Below, piece by piece: positions 41,181 to 53,836 of a stretch of DNA of 64,000 nt. The stretch spans positions 1,054,001 to 1,118,000 of the forward strand of contig NEEC01000010.1 in the NCBI GenBank assembly GCA_002189035.1. Direction: 5' to 3'. Below the pieces are notes generated by a model, which saw only the letters and a list, made by a program, of their open reading frames with translations, did no database searches and was not told where the DNA came from. A program made the translations under genes and the position numbers. The stretch is from Utricularia gibba (lineage: Eukaryota; Plantae; Magnoliophyta). Numbering within the stretch: position 1 is the stretch's first letter; the number at the start of each line of letters is the position of its first letter.

Positions 41181-41569
41181 GAGTCGAAACGTGGCACCTT
41201 GGTTGAAACCTTCCTGTGTAACGCCTGCTAAATGGCACCTTGATGACAGGCTTCTGATGCGAATGGATTGGATTTTACCACAAATTAGATGAGACTTGAT
41301 TCATTCCGAGGTTTGATGTCCAATCAAGACATCTCGCATGCGACCTTCCACTGTGGAAGCTGCTTGCACCAAACTGAGTTATCATCAGCTTGGGTACAGC
41401 AGACCACACAGACTACAATCAAGATTCAGCTAAAAACTAGGGCCTAGTAGTAACCTAATCGTTCCAGAAATACTGCGTACAGTTTTAAGCTTAAGCTGAA
41501 TCTCCATATGAATTGAGCTCACCTATAACAAGACAAGTAGAGGACCTTAGGTGAAGAGCCGCTCGTTAT

Positions 41570-41968
41570 TCACGACTCCCCTGGCGAGAAATAAGGCATC
41601 TCCGGAAAATCATTATGCCTCGGAATAAACGCCGCCTCGGCATCCTCGAGCATCGGAACCTCCAACTTCGCCTCCATGCAATCGATCCCCCTGGCTAAAT
41701 CGTAGCTCTTCGGCGGCGAGGCCGATCCACGGCCGCTGCGCCTTCTGCTTCTTTTCACCCGCCGTGGCCTCGAGTAATACCGTTTCAAATCATCCATCTC
41801 CTCGCCGCCGTCGGTGGCCGCAGAATAGGATTTGCTCCTCTCCAGAATCTTCGCCAGATGCAGAACCTGGTTCACCGTCTCTCCGTGCATGTAGAATGCC
41901 GAAACCGCGGCAAAAGAGGCTCCTACCAGCGCCGCCATGGCTAGTTGCAACGAATATGCAGCTTCCAT
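41570..41968 (-). pseudogene. AMP deaminase (FAC1-like) N-terminal fragment only; 132-codon ORF without catalytic domain
   Basis: MEAAYSLQLAMAALVGASFAAVSAFYMH matches the plant AMPD N-terminal membrane anchor (L.LAMAAL.GASF.A.SA..MH), followed by RRRSGRGSASPP. It stops about 390 bp from the convergent SELT stop, leaving no room for the catalytic exons. Confidence 0.7.
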
Positions 41969-42870
41969 TTCTTCTTCTTTAAGCGGCGTTCACCGGAGGG
42001 AAAAGATGGCCTCGAGGTTCCCTTGCTGCTATCTATTGGGATGCAAGAAAAATGGGGGCAACGGCAAGTATTTGTAGCCGGAAATAATACTGAAGGCCCA
42101 TTCTCTATTCCATTTTTATTCCAAATTACACTAAAATATGCGAATAAATACAACACAATTATTTCGGTTGGTACCCACCTCGAATGGACAGTTGCTGCCT
42201 GATACATGCTGCTTAAAGGCCATTCTCCTTTTGCTATTAATTAAAAAATAATTAATCGTCTGTACTGCGCATCCGGATTTGTTATTTTACTTTTGTTTTT
42301 TGTATTGTTAATTCTTTATATATATATATATTAAATAATTTTGTACTTTTGAAGTAGGATTTTTCTACACCTTTTTTAGAAAAATACTCATGAACATATC
42401 AAATATAATAATAATATTATTATATTGGTGAGAATAACAAATATGCGAAGGTGATGGAATATTCCAACGCCATTACTATTTTTGCACGTTGGCGGCATCA
42501 GATTCTATTAAAAATCCGAATATTTCATTTTTTTATTAAAAAAACATTGTTTTTTTATTAGAAAGGCCCAAGTTAAAGAAAAATGGGCGGGCCTATCGGA
42601 ATTTACCTATTTGGGCTTACGGGCCGCCGAATAACGACAGCATATAAGACTAGCCCGGACCACATCCTCCGTATTTACTATTTACTACGAGAGATGGGCC
42701 CGCACGTCATGTGGTGACATCATTAAATCCGCACAGTCATCATGTGCTGACATCATTAATCCCTAATTACTACTTAACAAATAAATTAAATGTGGATTAG
42801 GCTCAGTGAACCCGATCTAGAGAACTCGGGTTATGTGAAGAAAAATGCAGCAAGCTGGACCTTAGCTTCA

Positions 42871-45572
42871 ATGGCAATGTCTTCCTTCCTCAGCACTGCG
42901 TACTCGTTGAGATTGTCATCAAATGCAAACGAGTTCATTTCACTTAGAACGAGCTCCGTAGCCTCGCAGCCAGTCAGTTTCTCTCTCAACAGTAAGCTTC
43001 TTTCTGGAATTGTCTTCGGTGATTTGCATGGTTGGTGAGTGTTCTTCTTTTGTATGGGTTGAATCGTTTAGGGAGGCGACTCGTGGTGAAGGCTACTGAA
43101 ACCGATGCCAAAGAAGGTCTGACGGGTTTAAGTTTCTTTTGGGTGGATATGGCTTTCTTTTGGAACATTGAGTTGGGTATTTTTCCTCGATTTGGTGAAG
43201 ATTGTTTAACGTTGTGTAGCCATTGAAGCGAAAACTCCCGATGCGGCTCCGGCAAGTAATGGATCGAGCGTCAATCAGATACTTGGTATTAAGGGCGCCA
43301 AGCAAGAAACTGTTAGTTTTCTATATGCTGTTTACGTCTTGCAATTACTCAAACCATGTTTCTGCATATTATTTCAAATATATGGCCTTTTGGGTGAAAA
43401 TTTTCCCTTCTACTCTGTCTTCTCTTCAGGATCAATGCTCAAGATCCATTTTAAGCTGAAATGAGCTGCCTTTAGTATGCTTGTCAATGCTAATATACTG
43501 CATTTACCGATTAGTAATTAGTGGATCTTTTCTTCTATTGCGTAGGAAATTTGGAAGATTCGGGTGCAGTTGATGAAGCCAGTTACATGGCCTCCTCTTG
43601 TTTGGGGTGTTGTATGTGGGGCTGCTGCATCAGGTAGTCTCAACGCACTATTTTCTATTGCACTTTCTCGAGTTAATTTCGGAAAGTCGAGAATGTTGAA
43701 TGTCTGTAAAAGCCTAAAATCTGATTGATAAGTAGTACATTGAGTTCACTGGGTATACTTCATCGGCTCTAGGGAACTTCCACTGGACAGTTGAGGATGT
43801 CGCCAAGTCAGTAGTTTGCATGCTTATGTCTGGACCTTGCTTAACTGGGTATACTCAGGTACTTCTTGCATTACCTTGGTGTTTCCTTGTTTTCATATTA
43901 TGAATAGTTTTCACGGTTTTTTTCTCTGTATAATTTGTTTATGCAGACGATGAATGACTGGTATGATAGAGAAATTGATGCTATTAATGAGCCCTATCGC
44001 CCGATTCCTTCTGGCGTGATATCTGAAAGCGAGGTTCACACTATTCTGTTGCAATTTTGCTTTTGGTAGGCATCATGTTCAAGGCATTTGAAAACTTTTA
44101 TCAGGTGATCACACAAATATGGGTGCTTCTCCTGGCGGGGCTTGGCTTGGCTGGTATACTAGATGTGTGGGTAAGTGTTTAAGACGCTTCTGCCTTTTAC
44201 TCCATGCATTTGATCTTCGTTTGCAAAGAAAGTTCCTTTCATGTAGGCAGGGCATGATTTTCCAGTAGTATTTTACCTTGCCGTTGGTGGATCAATAGTA
44301 TCCTACATATATTCAGCACCTCCATTAAAGGTATGCCCATTTTAAAACTCCTCTAACCAAAAGGAATTTGTGAGACCAATAAGAATTGTATGGCAGCTCA
44401 AGCAAAATGGATGGATTGGCAATTTTGCTCTAGGATCAAGTTACATTAGTTTGCCCTGGTATTTTTTGTCTTCCCTTTGCATCCCAAAATTGCCTGAGGT
44501 TTGTTTTAACAAATACCTCAACATGATATTGATTTTTTTTTGTTTATTAGGTGGGCTGGACAAGCATTATTTGGGACCTTAACCCCAGACATAATTGTCC
44601 TAACTCTGCTTTACAGTATTGCTGGTGTAAGGAAATCCTCCCTAGTCATTCTGCTCCTTTTGCTTCTGGAGTTTCCTTCAGTATATATTTGTTTTTCTTT
44701 TTTGGCACTGTAGCTGGGCATTGCCATTGTTAATGACTTCAAAAGTATTGAAGGGGATCGAAAGATGGGCCTCCAGGTAGCTTCATTCCCTTTCGTTCTT
44801 TCTTATACTTGACCACAATTTTACCTGTATCTAAGAAATCTACCTAAACTTTTGCCTCAGTCACTTCCTGTAGCCTTTGGTACTGAGACAGCGAAATGGA
44901 TCTGTGTTGGTGCTATTGACATAACTCAGATATCAATAGCAGGCAAGAACCAGCTCCCTTTCCCCTCAAATGTTATTGGCACAATTGAATACTTAACTTT
45001 CAGAAACCACTGCACTATCCAGCCTGGTCTATTCCTCACATCAAAGCACTCTTCTTTCTGAGATTATGAGCTTGCTTCACTTTTTATCGACATTTTTGGA
45101 GTTGATTGTGCTGCCTGAGCAACTTCTAACTCTTAAACTTATCTTATTATATGCCACCAATGCTTGGGAATCCGAAAATGTATGCTCTTCAATTACGTGT
45201 GTTTTCATGGGTGTAGGCTATCTACTAGGTTCTGGCAAGCCATACTATGCTCTTGCCCTCCTCGGCCTGATTGCGCCACAAGTGTTTTTCCAGGTGAGTG
45301 ATCGATCCACACGAGTTCTCAGCCTTCATATGAACCAGAACCCTCTGTCAATCTGATGTTGAATGCAGTTCAAGTACTTCCTCAAGGACCCTGTGAAGTA
45401 TGATGTGAAGTATCAGGTACTTTCTTCCCATCGTCAGTTGATGCATCTTGTGTTTAATGATCAACACGGCGAGGGAAGCCTCACTCGATACGATTGCTGT
45501 GTCTCTCAGGCGAGTGCGCAGCCATTCCTGATTCTGGGTTTGCTAGTCACCGCTTTGGCTACCAACCACTGA
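42871..45572 (+). CDS. CHLG: Chlorophyll synthase, plastid (UbiA prenyltransferase family), multi-exon
   Basis: SSINQILGIKGAKQET|EIWKIRVQLMKPVTWPPLVWGVVCGAAAS, TMNDWYDREIDAINEPYRPIPSG, IVNDFKSIEGDR, QSLPVAFGTETAKWICVGAIDITQ and QFKYFLKDPVKYDVKYQ|ASAQPFLILGLLVTALATNH*. Confidence 0.96.
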
Positions 45573-45668
45573 ACAGAAACAAAACCTCTCCGGCTCCATG
45601 AGGGAGCCCAGAGCTTGAAACAGTGGAGAAATCCGGAGCTTTTTTAGGTCATTCTGCTTTGTTATGTG

Positions 45669-45778
45669 CTGCTGCTGCTTTTTTCAGAGTTAGGGATCTT
45701 AATAAGCTTTTCATGCTGGTGTCTGCTGCTGCTTTTTTCAGTGTTAGGGATCTTAATAAACTTTTGATGTTGTGACTT
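45669..45778. repeat. About 54-bp tandem duplication in the CHLG 3' region, with a third partial copy at 46334-46363
   Basis: ctgctgctgcttttttcag.gttagggatcttaataa.cttt occurs twice; tagggatcttaa..cttttgatg.gtgtgac recurs at 46334. Confidence 0.7.
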
Positions 45779-46502
45779 CTGCTTCATATTTCAGTGTTGG
45801 AATTGTAATGGGAGTTTGATAATCTATTTATTTTGATTTTAATAAATCCTATTATTAATTTCACATAAAAAATTGGTTTTAAATAAAACTAAGAATTTTT
45901 TTTATTTAAAATGACAATCTTTAATAATTTTATTTTAATTATATGTGTGAAAAATGATTATTTTCAATAATTTTATTTTATTTGAGTATTTCAGAGATAA
46001 AATTATAAACAATTTTTTTTCAAAATAAGTTGTTATATAAGATGATTTTGAAGATGATCATTTATATTTTTGTATATCTGTGAAAAATAATTATTTTATT
46101 TGTGTGTGTAAGAGATAAAATGATGGATAATTATTTTTTAAAATGAGTCACACATTTTCAATTATTATTTCTATTTGATATGTTTATTGTAGTAGAAAAT
46201 AAAAATTATTTTTAAAATTAACCATCATATGTTTTTATCTCACATAATAAAACCAAAATTTGATATATATAATCATTTTTCTCACACTAAAATAACTATG
46301 TTTACTTTTTAAGTTTACTTTTTATTTGACCACTAGGGATCTTAACCTTTTGATGCGTGTGACGTGGCAACCTACTTAAAAAAAACCGTTAATAAATTTT
46401 ATTTTAAAATAGAAATATTAATATCAATTCCGATTATTATTTGGGTAAAAGAGAATAAATAAAACGAAAAAAAAAGTGCAATGAGGGGTGCGAGGAAAGT
46501 GG

Positions 46503-46511
46503 AAACCCTAA
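46503..46511 (+). promoter_or_regulatory. Telo-box upstream of EBP1
   Basis: AAACCCTAA about 240 bp before the ATG, followed by a TATA-like tatataaata; typical of ribosome-biogenesis genes. Confidence 0.6.
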
Positions 46512-46745
46512 TTCAAATGAATAATCGTATATAAATACGAGCGAGACTGCTTAATAGCCGACGGTAGAAGCCCTTATCCTCTTCCTGTTAGTGCTCTGTT
46601 CGTGTCTCTACATCTGCCGGATCCTTGTTCTTCAACTCCATATTGCTGAAAAAGTACTTGTAATTTTTTTTTTGCTTGAAAATTCAGTTCTTTGATTTAT
46701 TCTTTATGATTTCACTTATTGTGGTTTTTGTTTGAGACAGTTAAC

Positions 46746-49290
46746 ATGTCGGACGAGGAAAGGGAGGAAAAGGAGTTGGATCTCAGCTCTCCCGAAGTTG
46801 TAACGAAATATAAATCTGCTGCTGAGATCGTTAACAGTTAGATTTCTTAATTTTCGTTTGCGCGCATGCTCTCCTTTAATTTGTGCTTTGGAATTTTCAA
46901 ATGTATGTTTCATTGGGTTAATGATACTTTTTTTTTGAACTAAATTTGAGCAGAAGCACTGCAATTAGTGTTATCCAAATGCAAACCCAAGGCTAAGATT
47001 GTAGACCTATGTGAGGAAGGGGATGCTTTTATCAGAGAGTATGATCCACAAAGTTTTTGTGCTTATTTAATCATCAGAAGGAGATTTTAAGAAGTGGGGC
47101 ATTATTTGATTGCATACTTTTGTTTTTTTACATCTTACGAATAGGCAATCTGGAAACATGTACAAGAACGTGAAGAAGAAGATAGAAAGGGGTGTTGCGT
47201 TCCCCACTTGCATCTCTGTTAATAATACAGTTTGCCATTTTTCACCATTGGCCAGTGATGAGACAGTGTTAGAAGATGGTGACATCATCAAGATGTGAGA
47301 CTTTGACGATATCATGCATTTTTTTAAGTCAATAATATACTTTATTGATTGTATAGCTATAGCAGTTGGGAATTATGGGTTGATCTGCAGTGATATGGGA
47401 TGCCATGTGGATGGATTTATTGCTGTTGTTGCGCACACGCATGTGCTTCAGGAAGGACCAGTTACTGGAAGGGCTGCTAATGTTATTGCAGCTGCAAACA
47501 CGGCTGCTGAGGTTGCCTTAAGGCTCGTGAGGCCTGGTAAAAAGGTATTGTTTAGTCTTTGCCTAATTGATTTAGAGGATGCCGTTGACCACTGTTATGG
47601 CGTGTGATAATTGGGTGGCTTTGACTATTCACACTGTATCTTCTGGTTTGTGCAAAATTTGAAATTTCATTTCCTACACAAAAGCCTACAAATATCTTCT
47701 CGTGGCTGATACTTGTACCTTCAGCACAAATTCATAATAAATGATATTTTGTTTTTGTTGAGTCCTTTACTTGTTTTCCCAGCCAGAGAAATGCTTCAAA
47801 CAAGCGTTTTCTAAATCTTTGGATAAGTTAGCTCCCTGCATGTCCCCTATATGATGTATATTATAAGCAAGCTATGGATTCCCATCCAGATGAGGCTGTA
47901 TGTCATAGTTACCCTGATAGAGGACATTGTTCACTGACGTTATCTGCCATGTAGGCAGTTCGAATATCAGTGCTCTACTTCCACCTTCTTTCAACTGTGT
48001 TTTGGTCCTTTTTATGAAAATCATTTTTAGCAATGTGTTATCGCCTAAAGAAATCCCATGATGTCATTGGAAACTTTTCTGAGGTGATCAGTTGTATTAT
48101 TTGTGATGGCTGTCTTCGATTTATGTTGTTTGGAACTGCTTCATCAAGAGCTTCATTTTCAAAAATCCAACATCTAATCCAATTTATGAAACAAAAGAAT
48201 TGATGCCTGAGTAGAGATTTTTTGCAGAGCTTCAACTTTCTTAAATTTCCTTCCTATGCGATGTAGAACAAGGACGTCGGTGAGGCCATTCAAAAAGTTG
48301 CTGCTGCTTATGATTGCAAGATTGTTGAAGGAGTACTGAGTCACCAAATGAAACAGTTTGTGATTGATGGGAACAAAGTTGTGTTAGGTGTATCTGGTCC
48401 TGATACAAGGGTGGATGATGCCGAGTTTGAAGAAAATGAAGTATATTCAATCGACATTGTCACCAGTACAGGTGAAGGCAAGGTAAGCATTGCCCGTTAT
48501 GTGTTGTGTGAGATATATTGCCTATCTAATTCGAGTCTGGTTTCATCATTGATTTTTGTATCCATTTGCAGCCAAAGTTGCTTGATGAGAAGCAAACGAC
48601 TATTTATAAAAGAGCTGTGGACAAGAGTTATCACTTGAAAATGAAAACTTCTAGGTTCATTTTCAGTGAGATCAGTCAGAGGTTTCCTATCATGCCGTTT
48701 TCTGCAAGGTTTTCTTCTTTTACCTGGAAATTTTGGTTTGTTTTAGTTCCTTGCTAATTTGAATATCCACCCATCAAGTCATAACTTTTCACCAGAGCCC
48801 TGGAAGAGAAGCGTGCTCGGCTTGGCTTGGTCGAATGCATGAGCCATGATCTCCTGCAGCCATACCCAGTACTCCACGAGAGGCCTGGTACGAATTTAAT
48901 CATCAATCATACCTTACCCACCCAATCCAGGCACGAGAACTAACCTGATAACCCCCTGTGCAGGTGACCTTGTGGCGCACATCAAGTTCACAGTTTTGCT
49001 GATGCCCAATGGATCAGATAGAATCACATCTCATCCATTACAGGAGCTGCAAACCACTAAGGCCATAGATGACCCTGAAATCAAGGCGTGGTTAGCACTG
49101 GCCACCAAGACAAAGAAGAAAGGCGGAGGAGCGAAGAAGAAGGGTTAGTGAACAAGCTATCGTGCCTTTTATCTTCCCTCTGCTCACGTTAGAGTCCTCA
49201 ACGACATTTTACGTGCTTTGCAGGAAAGAAAGGGAGAAAACAGTCGGTGGTGTGGACTCCCAGACGAATGATGCAGCTAATGAGGATTGA
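46746..49290 (+). CDS. EBP1: ErbB-3 binding protein 1 / PA2G4 (M24 'pita-bread' fold); apparent 1-bp frameshift in the last exon
   Basis: [95 protein letters not shown] and [10 protein letters not shown]; Lys-rich tail [13 protein letters not shown] plausible end [22 protein letters not shown] needs one extra G at 49232-49234. Confidence 0.95.
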
Positions 49291-49710
49291 AAGGCTTTGG
49301 CTTGCTTTTTGTTCTTGTTTTTTTTTTTTAATTCTATTTTCAGATAAATTTTGGTCGCCTCTCCTTTTCAATGCCCATCCAAACACGCCTTGCTGCTCGG
49401 TTTTTTGGGTAATCTTAAGGCACTCGCCATGGACTGCTGCACTGTGGGTGGACACGTGTTTTTCCGGCTGTTATAGCAAATACCTAATTAAATCAATTCA
49501 TTGATTAAATCCATAACGACGTCGTTTTTATGAATCCCGCCAAATGATAAAAAAATAAATTTGGATGGGTTTAGTTTAATTAACGTATGCTTGCGTCAAT
49601 GGCTGCGTGAGCCTTGATTCTATTGGTTGGATGGGCGTGGCGCTTCTTGAAGCCGCCACGTGTGATGATGACGAGTATCTAGATTACGGTACCCTTGTAA
49701 ACTATTTAGG

Positions 49711-49723
49711 GAAACTTCGAGAA
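49711..49723 (+). promoter_or_regulatory. Heat-shock element upstream of ERdj3A
   Basis: Perfect GAAnnTTCnnGAA (GAAACTTCGAGAA) about 60-70 bp before the ATG. G-box GCCACGTG and ATTGG (CCAAT) lie upstream at about 49620-49662. Confidence 0.65.
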
Positions 49724-49783
49724 CAATTAACTCGAAATCGAAACCAACGGGCAAAAACAGGGGGTTCTGAGAATTCTTTCGAG

Positions 49784-52056
49784 ATGAAGAAGAATCGCTT
49801 ACCCTTTGCCTTGATTGTCATCGGAGTAGCTCTTCTTTCTGCTGTTGCGGTTGAATCTAAAATCGGTGATCCTTACAAGGTTCTGGGAGTTAAGCGGAGT
49901 GCAAGCCAGCGAGAAATTCAGAAAGCCTTCCACAAGTATGTATGTGTTTTTCCACAATTGAGACTTGTTATGAACTGTATTTTCTCTAAATTTTTCTTCA
50001 AGCTGCTGATTTTTGCGCATCTGCTTAGATTGTCGCTCCAGTATCATCCAGATAAGAACAAGAATAAGGGTGCCCAGGAGAAATTTTCAGAGATTAATAA
50101 TGGTACGCTGGATTTCTTGTTATCCCCTTGTCTTTTTATGTTCTGTGCATATAAGATTATGCTTGTAATAGTTCAAGCAACAAGTTGATAAATTTGTAAG
50201 AGATTTTACATGGCAGCTGTGTAATTCTTGTGTACATTATATCCGAAGTAGTTTCTGATCATTGCGTCATCAAAAAAATGCAACTTGAATAATTGGGGTA
50301 TTCATGAATGGGTTTTCTTTCTCAGCATATGAAATTTTATCCGACGAACAGAAGCGAAAGAACTATGATTTGTATGGAGATGAAAAGGGTAATCAAGGGT
50401 TTGACACTGGTGGTGCTGGACAACATGATGGATACTCTTATTTCACCAGTGGTGGTCCAGGTCATAGTGGGTTTTTCAGGTCAGGTGAATGGAAAAATGA
50501 GGGTGGAGAAGGAGGATCACGATCTTTTTCATTCTCGTTCGGAGGTGCAGGCCCCAACCCAAGTTCAAATGGTTTTGGTTTCAGTGATATATTTTCCAAT
50601 TTCTTTGGAGATGGCATGGGGGGATGGAGTCAGTTTGGTGGCTTTGGTAGTAGCTCTGGCAAGTCCCAAAATGGAAGAAAAAATTCTGCCAACAGCATAC
50701 AATATGTGAATTCTAAGTTGTATAAGAAAGAAATCTTTGACAGAGGAATGACATGGCTCTTGTTATTTCATTCGGCTACTTCTCAGGGACTCGAGTACTA
50801 TGAATCTGTAATTCAGGAAGCAACTTCTACACTGAAAGGAACCTTGAAGGTACTTGGTTCAATAGCCACCACTGCATTGGCACAGTTCAGCTGGTTGGTA
50901 AAAATTTCTCCTTTTCTTTTCAGGTTGGAAGTACAAACTGTGACTCTGAGGCATCATTGTGTAAAGAAATTGGTGTTAATCCTCGCGGAAGGCCAAGAAT
51001 TTTCGTTTACTCGTACGCACAAAATGAGGAGATGGGATCATTGGTGGAGTATGGTGGTGATTTGGATGTCAAGTCCTTGAAAAGCTTTTGTGTCGACCAC
51101 ATGCCGAAGTTTTCTAAGCGTATCAACTTGGATAACCTGAATTTTGACCCAAGTCCTGGAAGCTTGCCTAAAGTTTTGCTGCTATCGTCGAAGAAAAACA
51201 CTCCTATTATTTGGCGGGCACTCAGTGGATTATATCACAAGCGTTTTGCATTCTACGATTCAGAGGTAACCATTTCTTACGGTCTCCATTTTGAGTTTCA
51301 CTTTCAGCTTAGAAGCCAAGGCGAATTTTGGTTGAGTAGCAGAGCTAAAGTTCCCTTATTGAACATTGTAGGTCCATGATGTTTCCAAACCATCAGTGCA
51401 AAGATTAGTCGTTGATTCTCTTCCAGCAATCGTTTCCTGGCTGCCAAATGGGGAGACCCGAGTTTTAAAATCTGGTATATCTGTGAAAGATCTGGAATCC
51501 GCCATGCAAGATTTAAGCCGCGTGCTTGAAGCCTTCGAAAAAGTATTTAAAAAGGCTGCAGCAAGCAAGAAGGATCAGAATGGATCGGGAGAGACAAGAC
51601 CACCCTTGCTTACCCCATCAAATTTCGACGATCTTTGCTCCCATAAAGCCACCGTCTGTCTAATGGGTGTCTTCAGATCCTCGAAAAACAGAGAGAAGCT
51701 AGAGAAGATTTTACAGTCAGTAAGTACCATTATCACCACCTATGACCTGCAACGCATTCTGATCGGATTCCACGTTGCAGATGTCGGAGAAATCGTTTTC
51801 CCGGCGACGGAACGCCAGGGACGCCATCTCATACACCCTCTTGGATGCCTCAAAGCAGCAATCTTTCCTCAACGCCTTGGATGGATCAGGCTTCAAGCGA
51901 TCAGAAACTCTGTTGCTGGCCTACAAACCAAAGCGAGGTACATATGCTGCTTTCACGGGTGATCTATCCGAAGAAGCAGCTGAACGGTTCATAGTTTCTG
52001 TACTCAACGGAGACGCAGAGTTCGTCAAGGCCAGACACAAGCCTTCGCTAATATGA
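49784..52056 (+). CDS. ERDJ3A: ER-lumen DnaJ protein ERdj3A/TMS1 (signal peptide, J-domain, Gly/Phe region, thioredoxin-like domains)
   Basis: MKKNRLPFALIVIGVALLSAVAVES signal peptide; DPYKVLGV...EIQKAFHK|LSLQYHPDKNK (HPD)...|AYEILSDEQKRKNYDLYGDEKG; G/F-rich exon; LPKVLLLSSKKNTPIIWRALSGLYHKRF; LLAYKPKRGTYAAF. Confidence 0.92.
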
Positions 52057-53741
52057 CTTTCAACAGTTTTTGTCGCATGCATGATGAGACTTGTGAATAG
52101 TGCAACGTATTTTAGATTGAATTTTCGTATTATAAAAAATATTAACGAAAATGAAAATAGATTTTTTAATATTTGTTTATAATGACTATTAAACAGAATT
52201 CAAAAAATCAAATTTTAAACAACACGCTAGAAAATTTATATAATTTATTTATAATTTTTCAAAATTATTTTAGAAAAATAAACAATAATTAATATAAATA
52301 TAAACAGATTGTAATTGTTCTAAAAAACTATAAAAATAGATATAGAAATACTTTTTAAATCAAAGGAATATTATGTACAAAATTATTTTTAATACTTTTA
52401 AGTATTTTTTTATAATAATATATAAATGTTAATAAACACAATTTTTTAAGATTATTCAAATTTTTAAAAATGGAAAGATTAATTAATTTCTCCATTCCTT
52501 ACTTTTAAAAATAAGATTTAAAAGTTTTAAAGTTTTAAAAATACTTTTGGTAAATTTAGTTAGAAAGTAGAAATAAGATGGAAAAATAATTTATTCATTA
52601 TTTTTTCAAAAATAATTTTTAAAATATAATTTTGATAAAATTACTTTTATAATTAATAGTATTTTTAAAAGTTTTCCAGAACCGTGTTTAATCATAAAAA
52701 AGATTTCGAGAATAAAACACTGGAATAAAGGAACGTTACGCGGGTGTGTAGGAATGAATAGCGTCACGTGCAGTCAACTGGCGAATTCGAAAACTGTGAT
52801 GCCTTCGCTTTCGGTACAGGAGGCGAGCACCTCAAAAATGGTGGTCTCTCCGCACACAATAATTTCCGGCCTCTGTCTCGTCCGTGGGGCCGCCCGCCCC
52901 CGTCACCATCCCGGTGCTTTTGTCCTCTTTCTCTCAGATATTTTCACAAACCCCTCTGTTGGACCGGGGACAGCTGGAGGCCGGCCCGCCCGGTCACAGA
53001 ATTTCAGATCATTTAATCGCGTTCTAAATAACAAATATTCATTTGGGAGGAAGTTAGGCAGGAGCAAACCCTTATTAGCTACAACATTCCATGAGTAATT
53101 TGGGTCCCGTGCCTAACTCTGCCTTGCTTCCCAAGTCAGTCTAGGCTTAATTTAGTTACCATTATTGTCGACGCGACACAATAAGTTTTATACCCCTGGG
53201 TCTGACGCTATGATACATATATTGTTCCTAAATCACGAATGTGCATGTTACATCGTACGAGGCCTACCAAAGACATTAATACTCTAATCGCTAATGAGCA
53301 CACAATATGTCAGCTGCTGCTGTTGGTTTAGTAACTATAATATAAAGGGTGTGTTTGGTAGTATAATATAGATGGTTTATAACAAAATTTATACATAAAT
53401 ATTGTTTGATTAACTAACATATATATGATATTTTTATATAATTATATTATTTATATACTTATTTTTTAGTAATATTGAAACCAATTGAATTTTTTTTGTT
53501 AAAATTTGTTTTTATTGAGGGAAAATATACATTATTGTTCTTAGCAGCAATACTGTTAAAATGTAAGTAAATTGGTGACCGCGGCAGATTTTTTTTTTTT
53601 TTAATATTTGAAGATATAAATAGTAAAAGAAAAAAAAAGAAAAAAAACGCTTCCAACTTGCCACTAAAACTGCGGTGTCCGTGGTGTTGCAAATACCACT
53701 CACCGCCTCGGGAATGTTCGGCTATTGAAGAAACCTTGCAG

Positions 53742-53749
53742 TATAAATA
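53742..53749 (+). promoter_or_regulatory. TATA box of PDC
   Basis: TATAAATA about 90 bp upstream of the ATG, followed by a pyrimidine-rich 5' UTR. Confidence 0.6.
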
Positions 53750-53836
53750 GGCGCTAACCCTCGGCCCCAGATCTCACTCAGGAACGTAGATCTCTGCTGT
53801 CGTAATCTACACTTGTGTTTCTTTTTCGCTTCTTCG

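Noticed and set aside
41370-41390. Box C-like TGATGA on the minus strand between SELT and the AMPD fragment
   Set aside because: No box D (CTGA) at a suitable distance and no terminal stem; snoRNA not supported.
49607-49783. Upstream extension of the ERdj3A ORF (MSLDSIGWMG...) in the ORF track
   Set aside because: It starts at a non-ATG codon and runs through promoter motifs (G-box, HSE). The signal peptide begins at ATG 49784.
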